This document shows, in pieces, positions 40,601 to 47,773 of a stretch of DNA of 64,000 bases. Under the pieces are notes generated by a model that was not told the origin of the DNA, did not search any database, and worked only from the letters and a program-made list of their open reading frames with translations. A program made the position numbers and the translations under genes. The DNA comes from a virus. Positions within the stretch are counted from its first letter, which is position 1. Every line of letters begins with the position of its first letter. The stretch lies in IMG/VR virus record IMGVR_UViG_3300046005_001038, positions 1 to 64,000 of that record; one strand, 5' to 3'.

Positions 40601-43600
40601 AAGTTAATTGTTTATCTAATTCTTCAGCTCTTTTAGCATCTGACTTTAAAATAGCTTCATTGCGTTGTTTCTTGACTTCATCAAACTCAGCCAATCTTGA
40701 TTGTAATGTAACGAATTCTTGTGATGCTTTTACTTGTGATTCTGAACCTCCCATTCTGCCCATTACTAGAGGAACATAATCTTTTGTTTCAGGTCGAAGA
40801 TGTGACATCCAATCTTTACCATCAACTTTTGATTTTTCTATTACTGATTTAACTCGATTTTCACCAGCGTTGTATCCCGCTAGTGCTTTAGTTAAATCAC
40901 CGTCAAACATTTTCAATAATTGATTTAGATATTTGTTAGCAGCTTTCACGGCTTGCTCAGGGTCATAAGCATCTATGCCGAAACCTTTAGCTGTAGCTGG
41001 CATAAATTGCATCAATCCCATTGCACCTGCTCTTGAAGTAGCGTTTGCTATACCTCGTGATTCTTGTGCTGCAACAGCTCTTAGCAATTCTGGAGAAACT
41101 TGACCTGAAGCATATTTTTGAAATAAAGGATTGTACTTGTCTAATCTTTTTACTGTATCCTCAGTATCAACAACAGCTTTGATTTTGATAGGATTTTTAA
41201 CAGAATGTAACTCGACCTGTTTATTGACTTTTTCTAATTCTTGCTTTAACCATTCATCATCTACTTGGATTTTAGGTGTGAGTGATTCGAGAGTTGATTT
41301 TGCTTCTCTGGCTGATTTGTCTGCTGCTTCTTTTGCTAAATCAGCTTCTACTTTCGCAGCAGCTTTATTTCTAGCATCAGCTACCATTTCAGGAGCTTTG
41401 ACTGATAAAAAGTCATAGTATTCTGTTGTACCGACAGTACCTGCTTTTTCTTTTAATTGTTTTGGTAAGAAATTGTATGTTTTATCTAATAAATCATTTG
41501 TTTCTTTTTTAATGCGGAAAAGTTTATCGTTTGCTTGTGTAAGCTCTTTTGTTTTCTCTATCTCTTGCGATAATGCTTTACCGAAAGCCGTTTTAATATC
41601 TAATTGTTCTACTTGAAGTTTATTCAACCCTTGTGTACGTTTTGCTTCGGCTATTTTTTCTTCTTCATTGATACTGTCGATTTCCTTTTGTTTTTTTAAC
41701 TGCTCATCTAATAAAGCTCTCTCGGCTAATAATTTAGATTTATCATACACTCCTATCACATCAGAAACAGCAGTTCCTAAACGCGATTGTTTTTCGTGCG
41801 CGTTAATAGAACTATCTATTTCACGCATACGTTCAATTAGTTTTTGTTGTTCAGTTTTAGAAGCCTGTTCTTCTTGACTTTTAGAATAACCGTACATCCC
41901 AAGACCTGCAACTGCACCAACAGCTAAACCTATAGGACTTCTACTCATTAAAGCCATACCCGCAGCCGCTTTTTCTGAATTTAATGCTACTGTAATTAAA
42001 GCTGCGCCTAATGCAGTTACTCCAGAAACTAATAAATCCATGTGTTCGCCAATTGCTAACATGGATTTAAAGAATAAATCGCTGGCATGACTACCTTCGT
42101 TCATTCTTCCGACGAATTTAGTAAAATAAGTTTCTACTTCAGTAAAACCTTGTGCAAATGTTTTATGCGTTTTTTCAAAAGTTTTATTTATCTCATCGTT
42201 ACCTAAAAGGATAGCTTTAAAAAACGCTTCAGATGTTATTTTTCCATCATACATAGCATTTCTTAAATCAGCTATTGTTTTAATGTGTGTTGGTGAGTTT
42301 TTAATAGCTTCTATTTCAGCAGCAGTCGCTCCTCGTAAAGCAGCTTCTTCTAATTTTATTGTTTTAGCTGCTTCATCATAATGTTTAACTACAATTCCCA
42401 TCACATTAGGCATACTATCAAGAATAGACTTAAACTCTTGACCTCTGACCGTCACACCGCCTAACGCTTGTTCTAACTGTAACAAGCCACCTCTAACTGC
42501 ATTAGGGCTTGTACCCATGATAGCCAGAGCTTTTGTTACTGTGTCAATAGCCTTTACTGTATCGGATTGAGTAGCGTTAAGTGACTCGGAAGCTCTTGAC
42601 ATTCTTAAATACAATGTAGTAATAGAGTCTAATGGAGCGCGAGCATCGACAGCAAGTTTAAACAATCTTTCTTGCATACCAGCCGCATTACCTGTCTTTT
42701 CAGTAGCGATGCCTACAGCATTGGTAAAATGTGTCCAATGGTCAGCGTATTCCATAATCTGACGACCTGACATTGCTACACCAACCATCATTAAGGTTTG
42801 TTGAAGTTTGTTTAGACTGTTTGAGAGTTCGTTGATGACTGATGTTTGGTTACCTGAACCTGTTTGACGACTTTGTGAAATTAACTGTTGTTGACGATAT
42901 GCTAAGTTATCTGCTTCTTGTCTACGAATTTCAGCTTCTATTCTAGCTGAATCTGAAAATCTAGTTTGATTTTGAACATTAACACTTCCCATTTGAGAAG
43001 TCATTGAAGATAAACGTGGTGGAACATAGGTAGATGATTGTGACATCGCAGCAGTCATCGCGTGAGTGTGTGCAATTTTATCAGCAAGAATAGCAGCATC
43101 AATTTCTTTTAATGTTTGTCTACGCGCTCTCCATGCAGCAAGTTCTCTTTCCATATCAGTTTGAATAGCTTGTTCGTATGCAGAGTTATAACTACGTTGG
43201 TCAGACAACTCTTTATCTTTTCTAGCTTTTTCATCAGCCATATATTTTAAATGAATCGCTCCTAATTCATTATAATGATTATCAATCTGTTTTTTAGCGT
43301 CTAAATATCCTTTTAAATCTCTCTCCCACTCTTTATAGTTCACACCGTCTGACGCGCGAGTAGCAGCTACATTAGGTCTATCGGTAGCCATTTTGTTATA
43401 TTCAGCAGTAACAACTACTGACGCTTTAACTGAGTTTTGTAATTGTGTATTTATTTCCCTAGAGATGTTAGCTACTTGCTGACCTATATTTTTGTTATCT
43501 ATCAGCAAACCAATGATAATTTCTTTGTGACTAATATCAGCTATTAAAGAATTTATTTTCGATACAGATTCGCTTACCTTTTTTACTGTAGCGTCCATCG

Positions 43601-43880
43601 ACTTAGAAATCTTTTCAACATTATCAATATCAACTGTTATTTTAATTGGCTTTTCTAATTCCTTTTTATTCTTATTGATTTTTTCTTCGACACCAGCTAA
43701 AGGATTCGTATCAAATGATTTAAATTTTAATTCAATATCATTGATTGCTTTTAAAGTCTTTTCTAACGCGCTAAGATTAGTATTTGCGGTAGCCGCTTTC
43801 TCGCCCACACTCTGTAACGTACTACTCGCATTATCCGTTACTTTAACTTCAATACTGACGCTATTATCGATTTCTGACAT
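34620..43880 (-). CDS. tape measure protein with lytic transglycosylase (SLT) domain
   Basis: 3086 aa helical; tape-measure motif QLEQALGG..VRGQEF.SI; SLT QES..GAMGLMQFMP.TA..AGYNAG..ETKDYV; FASGG..GE.G.EAIMPL. Confidence 0.95.
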   Translation of the reverse strand: MSEIDNSVSIEVKVTDNASSTLQSVGEKAATANTNLSALEKTLKAINDIELKFKSFDTNPLAGVEEKINKNKKELEKPIKITVDIDNVEKISKSMDATVKKVSESVSKINSLIADISHKEIIIGLLIDNKNIGQQVANISREINTQLQNSVKASVVVTAEYNKMATDRPNVAATRASDGVNYKEWERDLKGYLDAKKQIDNHYNELGAIHLKYMADEKARKDKELSDQRSYNSAYEQAIQTDMERELAAWRARRQTLKEIDAAILADKIAHTHAMTAAMSQSSTYVPPRLSSMTSQMGSVNVQNQTRFSDSARIEAEIRRQEADNLAYRQQQLISQSRQTGSGNQTSVINELSNSLNKLQQTLMMVGVAMSGRQIMEYADHWTHFTNAVGIATEKTGNAAGMQERLFKLAVDARAPLDSITTLYLRMSRASESLNATQSDTVKAIDTVTKALAIMGTSPNAVRGGLLQLEQALGGVTVRGQEFKSILDSMPNVMGIVVKHYDEAAKTIKLEEAALRGATAAEIEAIKNSPTHIKTIADLRNAMYDGKITSEAFFKAILLGNDEINKTFEKTHKTFAQGFTEVETYFTKFVGRMNEGSHASDLFFKSMLAIGEHMDLLVSGVTALGAALITVALNSEKAAAGMALMSRSPIGLAVGAVAGLGMYGYSKSQEEQASKTEQQKLIERMREIDSSINAHEKQSRLGTAVSDVIGVYDKSKLLAERALLDEQLKKQKEIDSINEEEKIAEAKRTQGLNKLQVEQLDIKTAFGKALSQEIEKTKELTQANDKLFRIKKETNDLLDKTYNFLPKQLKEKAGTVGTTEYYDFLSVKAPEMVADARNKAAAKVEADLAKEAADKSAREAKSTLESLTPKIQVDDEWLKQELEKVNKQVELHSVKNPIKIKAVVDTEDTVKRLDKYNPLFQKYASGQVSPELLRAVAAQESRGIANATSRAGAMGLMQFMPATAKGFGIDAYDPEQAVKAANKYLNQLLKMFDGDLTKALAGYNAGENRVKSVIEKSKVDGKDWMSHLRPETKDYVPLVMGRMGGSESQVKASQEFVTLQSRLAEFDEVKKQRNEAILKSDAKRAEELDKQLTLIRKQIGWQDQAYIKANEIADTERSRRAGELQDLLKLEKAGYAYSHAFDELRERQDVSLKAKDLAKELGGFAVPAIDSSIKEQLKLRDELSATKKELTDMADEYEKLFKQTGNSAYAAMRVDTETMLLDTDSELLIKNKEITDLYRIQLSLKEQQRNVIPDLIKGNDDLLTSLTTSTLELEKQSKIKQAGATGTQAQEIRDLIDTRENLKLLTSVKDTVTGSITSGFTTMFTDVLTKGKSFTDAFRDMFKNLVSNISSSLMNIGMNAMMSGNWLAGGAAMIGGMAISLMQTLFKTKPVDTSTPESAFTSSVYGASSESSRSVDNITNTLQSIHVKEYGALRDIADGFKNITKAVDNTISLAVNRQGGWIGSTTGMTASSKNPAGSAGMIGAGLVSSTAMGAAGMGLAGGALAASAATAVGMGTATSVGVGVGSTGMMVGGAIIGLAGGLILAGLQFGLGKLLGIGKTKFEAIGSGITMQANQFIIGGAADALKVYDYSKIKATTKGWFSDTVKIYDTINGVNNEMTNSFKGVFGYFSTELSKSLNILGLQVVSDTKAIIPKIKLDLKGLKSDAITKKVSDSLNTTFDLIADDVTNGFLDRFKRMGEGAFETLTRVAIDINQVNEKFKDLGVESKNLGTLGFAIMSEQLIQMYDSTGKANDGLKNFTSAIDKFFNVVTSKGEKFDIANKGLSEIFTNINNQITLLNSLTTKAPTDFKITESSVTGSDLEKTNATYAKAYANKYTGGDVSKIVDLKLSDLDAKNKKDVTKDTAFFNTFSKVLKDNETRIVSNIENYSKMFSVSPGYNITTVNTDLNNLDLKKSIDATFKSVNENSTTLQNLLTGTSSLKALLPQDMAGFDSERVQKWADRFAKGSVDALMNLKTSDIKKSDLDEIKGKLDNQTGANGLFVTSMLSMFDKNETRLQQLTTAKENPEAFIASTFKIDKSNPIFNDLLKQVSTILSIKDTSTQLEVMDYWMNNLTSQSEGINKVVSGLIDSTETLQTVLERQQSVLKITDVILSTTKSKDYMTAKASKDSLTELSIGTDISSLVSQIDSDLLPSIVSWNATLSETDKKFYGITETVNVTERSLKAYSDALIDTKNKADYAAKQKLSIDSLITSENQLTSEYNKRMMQNAEELRIAREMNNESSTKINDILILQRAKEQSLVTGKYNELKDNLLVAGMSDTQKGDYQLGKDIKAINDMFGEGSDAANTYIDMLRQTKAITDARNASGLTEVKVATAQDIANKRKELSNALAVAGLDEYNRSLVEFNIQIAEINSVFGEASSAAKEFIETMKLTRDINKAKSFLDDAEQAGYDAKYALADEAGKKVLALEKYKNDMIKKYGNETISGVEGTLKKSDAMVKMYVDNLNKVDLSKSIQQLRDFRRAIADWAIGLQITQLGSTKSQLDTAQGKLAYQLSAYKSSTGVGSIDMSGITDKNTIANLNKYMAQTDIANTGKTVADIKSAIEGSITGTADQTITAIRNFYGSSKEGNELIQQVIDAVSVLPQQVDPQLRMVDLLEDIKTGIFALPDALKGTVIGDAIEKSYAAYNTLKSSSEISDSLKLPALDVFEKAISSTVLVAISTFNDSIKAKAAENLVLTTTATLSVVATPEMSDEDKISFMTNLSEALDKYNAVVKTKIEVPTAELTDTMTDVLGTISVGMTDMISALNISQLLLDTETSALDSATGILATFVEDVKLTLNPESEFALAFNELMAGIGVGGGTALKDELARIIETFSDIEIPVMVFPAANTSALIQSINDIVAAANAALAALQAIGAQITAQNAANAGASVGVQIPTAVVPELPVVPSPVIPSIPPSNIATSTPTLTPRYFNYGTSVLEGEAINVGYYGDYTDVEGMLRKLGLSSWQDFEKYMDAKNGYFSTNGYFASGGAFTNGIVSKPTVFNMGLMGESGSEAIMPLANINGSLGVRAIAANDSGNNEEELAELKTQNKLLQAQIEVMQAAFRTLIKQNEVTNDKLDSIDSTTRKQVNG

Positions 43881-43891
43881 CTTTAAATTCC

Positions 43892-44602
43892 TTATTTATC
43901 GGTTTCTGATTGTTTATTGTAATGCTCTAAAAATACCCTATCTAACATCTTAATAACTCGTGTTTCATAAGGTGATAATTTATTCCCTGTCAATGTACAC
44001 CATGCCACAATTTCTGTGTAACTAATCGCATTTACACCCATACCTGATTGTCGTGTTGAATTCAAATCTAGGATAAATTCCCACAAATATACGACGCAAT
44101 CTGGTATAGGTTCACATTCTAATTGTGGTGGAGTAACGCCTGTTTGACGTTTGATAGATTCTAACTGTTCTTTAAGTGTAGAACCGTCTTTTTGTTTGCT
44201 AGACAATTCTAATTCATGTTTAGCGAAGTTAATCAATCCTTCGACCATTGTGTCCAATTTAGACGATAATTCGTTTGATACGCGAAGAATCTGATGCCTA
44301 ATGAATGGATTAGTCGAACACAATGTGTGAGCATTCTCTTTCGTGAAAGGTTCAGTGATTCCATCCCAACCGACAATTCGACTTGATGCGGCAAGAACTT
44401 CGAGTTCCAATTCATTCACAGTAGAATGACCGTTTTGAAACTCAGCGATACGTTGTGCTAGTATAACCTGTGATTTTAATGTGGTAGATGCTTGTTCTGC
44501 ATGAGCTGATGTCACAGTGATAAATAAACCTATCCCTTTACCTGTCAGTTCAGAGGTAACTTCAAAAACATAAGGTGTTTCGTCGATAGGGAGTATTTTC
44601 AT
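43892..44602 (-). CDS. tail assembly chaperone, fused G+T-like form
   Basis: N-half paralogous to 46376-46771; C-half LWE...L...R..GMG.NAISY.EI.AW; directly upstream of tape measure. Confidence 0.8.
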   Translation of the reverse strand: MKILPIDETPYVFEVTSELTGKGIGLFITVTSAHAEQASTTLKSQVILAQRIAEFQNGHSTVNELELEVLAASSRIVGWDGITEPFTKENAHTLCSTNPFIRHQILRVSNELSSKLDTMVEGLINFAKHELELSSKQKDGSTLKEQLESIKRQTGVTPPQLECEPIPDCVVYLWEFILDLNSTRQSGMGVNAISYTEIVAWCTLTGNKLSPYETRVIKMLDRVFLEHYNKQSETDK

Positions 44603-44670
44603 AAGTAATTAGACATGGATTTGGTCTAATTATTATTTCATAAATGATGGTAAAAGTCAAGTAGTGATGA

Positions 44671-44710
44671 TAAATAAAAACCCGATGGTTTAGGTCGGGT
44701 TTTTATTTAT
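44671..44710. terminator. terminator
   Basis: TAAATAAAAACCCGA/TCGGGTTTTTATTTA. Confidence 0.75.
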
Positions 44711-45148
44711 TTAGTATCGTAGTAATGCGTAGTTAAAATCATTTTCATCACAAATAGAATATGTTACATTCTTACGACCAGCTATCTTTAAAACATTTTC
44801 ATTAGAACAGTAAGTTATCACAAAATAACCATCAGAATTACTAACCGTCAAAGTATCCAATGTGCTATTATCAATTTTAAAACCGTTCTCACCTGACCAG
44901 CGTTTAAAAAATGTAATCCAAACAGAATCACCTAAATTTTTTCTTAAATCAGATAAATGCTTTATAAAATATCCAACAGAACATCCTTCGTAAATGTTAT
45001 TTTCAATAAAATATTTAATTCCGTTTTCAAATAATACCTCATCAATCCTACTCTCAATCACACTATCTCCGCCATCAGCCACTTCTTCATCACAAGTAAA
45101 GCAACCCATAATCTCATTGCGTAGTTTGATTAGTTCTTGGTTATTCAT
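44711..45148 (-). CDS. hypothetical moron-like protein
   Basis: own promoter element (45168-45204), AGGAG RBS and terminator. Confidence 0.6.
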   Translation of the reverse strand: MNNQELIKLRNEIMGCFTCDEEVADGGDSVIESRIDEVLFENGIKYFIENNIYEGCSVGYFIKHLSDLRKNLGDSVWITFFKRWSGENGFKIDNSTLDTLTVSNSDGYFVITYCSNENVLKIAGRKNVTYSICDENDFNYALLRY

Positions 45149-45167
45149 TTCTTTCTCCTAGATAAAT

Positions 45168-45204
45168 AAAAACCTAGCTTATCACAATGATAGGCTAGGT
45201 TCAA
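45168..45204 (-). promoter_or_regulatory. TTGAAC hairpin promoter/terminator element
   Basis: TTGAAC-17-TAAGCT inside AACCTAGC/GCTAGGTT. Confidence 0.6.
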
Positions 45205-45220
45205 ATGAATTAACAGTTAC

Positions 45221-45400
45221 TTACGAAATCGCACCAGTATAAAGAGGTGTATATTCATACAAACAATTATAGTCGCTAATATAACTTAACGGAATTGGAT
45301 TTTCCGTTGCCAAAAACGATAGAATTTCATTTTTAATTTCTAAGAATTTTAAAGATTCATCATCGTTTACATATTCAAAATCAGATTTTAATTTAATCAT
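45221..45400 (-). CDS. small hypothetical protein (59 aa, not in ORF track)
   Basis: MIKLKSDFEY...; AGGAG RBS at end of KilA-N gene. Confidence 0.5.
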   Translation of the reverse strand: MIKLKSDFEYVNDDESLKFLEIKNEILSFLATENPIPLSYISDYNCLYEYTPLYTGAIS

Positions 45401-45401
45401 T

Positions 45402-46148
45402 TTAAGCTCCTAATAAAGTTGGTTGTGATTGATTGTCTAATGACAATAGTATTTTATCTTTAAATCGTTTATCAAACAAGCCTTTTAATTTAATTGCTCG
45501 TTCAGAATAATCCATCTCAGCATTGATGAATACAGCGTTGTGAGATTCGAGAAATTCAAACGCATCTAATTGAACTTTGTTTAATCCATCTCTGATATTA
45601 GCGTTACTATCTAAATTTAAGACTTCTTTGTATTTCTTAGCTCTCATTCCAAGCACAATAAGATTTAGTAAATCCGCTTCTGTTGTGTACGCAAAGAACG
45701 GTGCGACTTTACCTTTTTCTTCGTAGCTAAGTTTGGTCGCAAAGGTCATGTTTTTGTATTCTTGTTTCACACTACCGCGAATCGCTTTCCATTCAAGCTC
45801 AGTTTTCTCTTGCACAACTAAAGTATCGTAAGCTCTAATTACATGAAGATGAAAAGTAGGGCTAAGCCACATTGCATAAGCATAAACAAGTTCTTTACAA
45901 GCATACGTCCCTTGCTTATTTCCGCCGCTAATCACGATTAAAGGCTCTATAACTTGTTGATTTATATCCGAAGCTACCATGGTAGCCGCGCTAATTTCAG
46001 CAACAAGCTCCTTAGTGCTAGGATTATCTAACCAAAATTGAGGACGTTTGTGTGATTTCCCACCAGATGCTTTATGAAGGTCGTTTAGACGGAATCTTAA
46101 ATTTTCGTCTTGTTTGATTACTACGTTTGAGATAACTAAATTAGTCAT
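45402..46148 (-). CDS. KilA-N domain DNA-binding protein
   Basis: F.LNDLHKASGG..RP..WL, QGTY..KELVYAYAMWLSP.F.L.VIRAYD. Confidence 0.9.
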   Translation of the reverse strand: MTNLVISNVVIKQDENLRFRLNDLHKASGGKSHKRPQFWLDNPSTKELVAEISAATMVASDINQQVIEPLIVISGGNKQGTYACKELVYAYAMWLSPTFHLHVIRAYDTLVVQEKTELEWKAIRGSVKQEYKNMTFATKLSYEEKGKVAPFFAYTTEADLLNLIVLGMRAKKYKEVLNLDSNANIRDGLNKVQLDAFEFLESHNAVFINAEMDYSERAIKLKGLFDKRFKDKILLSLDNQSQPTLLGA

Positions 46149-46154
46149 TTTGAG

Positions 46155-46292
46155 GTTTCCTTTATGGAGGGCAGTTCTGAAAGAGGGTAACATCGAACCC
46201 TAACCGCCCATATTCATAAAAGATATTTTGATGTGTTTTATAATGCTTTCAGACATTACGGATATGCTACCATAATTTAATTAGTCTGTCAA
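46155..46292 (-). promoter_or_regulatory. promoter plus structured leader of KilA-N gene
   Basis: TTGACA-17-TAGCAT; interleaved TCTGAAAG/CTTTCAGA and GGGCGGTT/AACTGCCC. Confidence 0.6.
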
Positions 46293-46315
46293 GCACTTTA
46301 CACATTCTACACGCA

Positions 46316-46351
46316 AAGAAAAACCCTGTCAATAATTAAATTAACAGGGTT
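46316..46351 (-). terminator. terminator after tail chaperone G
   Basis: AACCCTGTTAA/TTGACAGGGTT + T tract. Confidence 0.75.
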
Positions 46352-46375
46352 CGTCTTTTTTCTATGGAGATAGAA

Positions 46376-46771
46376 TTACTTTGTGAAGTTACTCATGTTA
46401 GAACTCGCAGTCATAACCTGTTCACGGATTGACGGATTAGTTTTAACTAATTCAATCGCTAATTCAGGTGAGAAGGCTTCTTCAATACCTGACCAACCAA
46501 CAATACGTTTTGCTGCTAATTCAATGCCGAACATAATGTCGTCTTCGACTTTCTCAACAGGAGCGTCTTTACCCTTTTTAGTTGCAATACGTTGTGCTTC
46601 ACGTTTACCGTTTACTGCTTTCGCTACTAAATCAGAAATCACTTTACTGTGTTCGCCGATAATATCAATTGTAATACCAGTAACCGCACCAGACTGTTCG
46701 TCAATGATGTCCAATTTGTAAGGTGTGTCGCATTTTTTTTCTACGTTTAATGAACTTAATGAAATTGCCAT
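46376..46771 (-). CDS. tail assembly chaperone (G-like)
   Basis: TG.TI.I.G..S, A.RIVGWSGIEE.FS.E.A..L...NP.IREQV; between tail tube and tape measure. Confidence 0.8.
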   Translation of the reverse strand: MAISLSSLNVEKKCDTPYKLDIIDEQSGAVTGITIDIIGEHSKVISDLVAKAVNGKREAQRIATKKGKDAPVEKVEDDIMFGIELAAKRIVGWSGIEEAFSPELAIELVKTNPSIREQVMTASSNMSNFTK

Positions 46772-46899
46772 ATTGTATATCTCCAATAGTTATGTTAAAA
46801 TTTTATTGCCTAATTGCAATACACGCGATAATAGCATAGTGATTGGAAGATGTCAAGTTTTTTGTTGTATTTTATTTTGTTTGGTGATAGGAGTTGAAA

Positions 46900-47742
46900 A
46901 TGGAAGAAAGATTACATTGTATCTATATGATTACGAGTCCGAATGGTAAAAGTTATGTTGGACAAACGATGAACTTTGAAAAAAGAATGCGGGAACATAA
47001 TAAAACGACTAGCGGTTGTTTAGCTATCCGAGATGCTATTTTAAAATATGGTTTTGAAAATATGAAAGTTGAAATCTTATTGAAGAACTTAACGATTGAT
47101 GAAGCTAATAAGTATGAAGAATTTTATATTAAAGAACACGGTACTTTATCTCCAAATGGATATAATCTAAGAGAAGGTGGTTTAAATCATACTTTGTCGG
47201 ATGAAATTAAGAGAAAGATTGGAGATAAGAATAGAGGGAGAATTAAAACGCCTGAACAAATAGAAGCGAATAGGCAGAAATTATTAGGTAGGAAAAGCAG
47301 TGATGAAGCTAGATTAAAAATATCAATTGCTTTAAAAGGTGTACCTAAATCAGAAGAACATAAAGAGAAAACTAGACAATCTCATATTGGAATGAAAGCG
47401 AGTGAAGAAGCTAAGAAGAATATGTCTTTAGTTCATTTAGGAAAACCATTAGCTAAAGAAATAGTAGAGAAATTATCTAAAATAAGAGATGAAAAATTAT
47501 TCAATAAAGAGTTCCCACACTATTTAGCTAACATTTCTAATTTACCCGACGATACTGAATTTAGCACTAAAGAATTAGCAGATTTGTTAAATCTAACAAA
47601 AGGTACTTTAACTAAAAGAGTTATCAGAGGTAATTTTCCTAACAGTTACCATACATTCGTTAAAGGAGGTAAAAAGTATTTAATACCGATTAAAGACGTT
47701 CATGATTTTTATACAAAAAATAACCTCTCGGTATTGAACTAG
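46900..47742 (+). CDS. GIY-YIG homing endonuclease (NUMOD3 + HTH), inverted within tail operon
   Basis: CIY.ITSPNGKSYVGQT, NGYNLREGG, FSTKELADLLNL. Confidence 0.9.
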   Translation: MEERLHCIYMITSPNGKSYVGQTMNFEKRMREHNKTTSGCLAIRDAILKYGFENMKVEILLKNLTIDEANKYEEFYIKEHGTLSPNGYNLREGGLNHTLSDEIKRKIGDKNRGRIKTPEQIEANRQKLLGRKSSDEARLKISIALKGVPKSEEHKEKTRQSHIGMKASEEAKKNMSLVHLGKPLAKEIVEKLSKIRDEKLFNKEFPHYLANISNLPDDTEFSTKELADLLNLTKGTLTKRVIRGNFPNSYHTFVKGGKKYLIPIKDVHDFYTKNNLSVLN

Positions 47743-47752
47743 AGAGGTTATT
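47719..47752. terminator. bidirectional terminator
   Basis: AATAACCTCT/AGAGGTTATT between convergent genes. Confidence 0.7.
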
Positions 47753-47773
47753 TGTGAACAATACGTTTTTAAA

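Noticed and set aside
34642-41877. Long + strand ORFs (e.g. 39148-40161) opposite the tape measure gene, and similar antisense ORFs elsewhere
   Set aside because: Shadow ORFs of real genes; no RBS or recognisable motifs.
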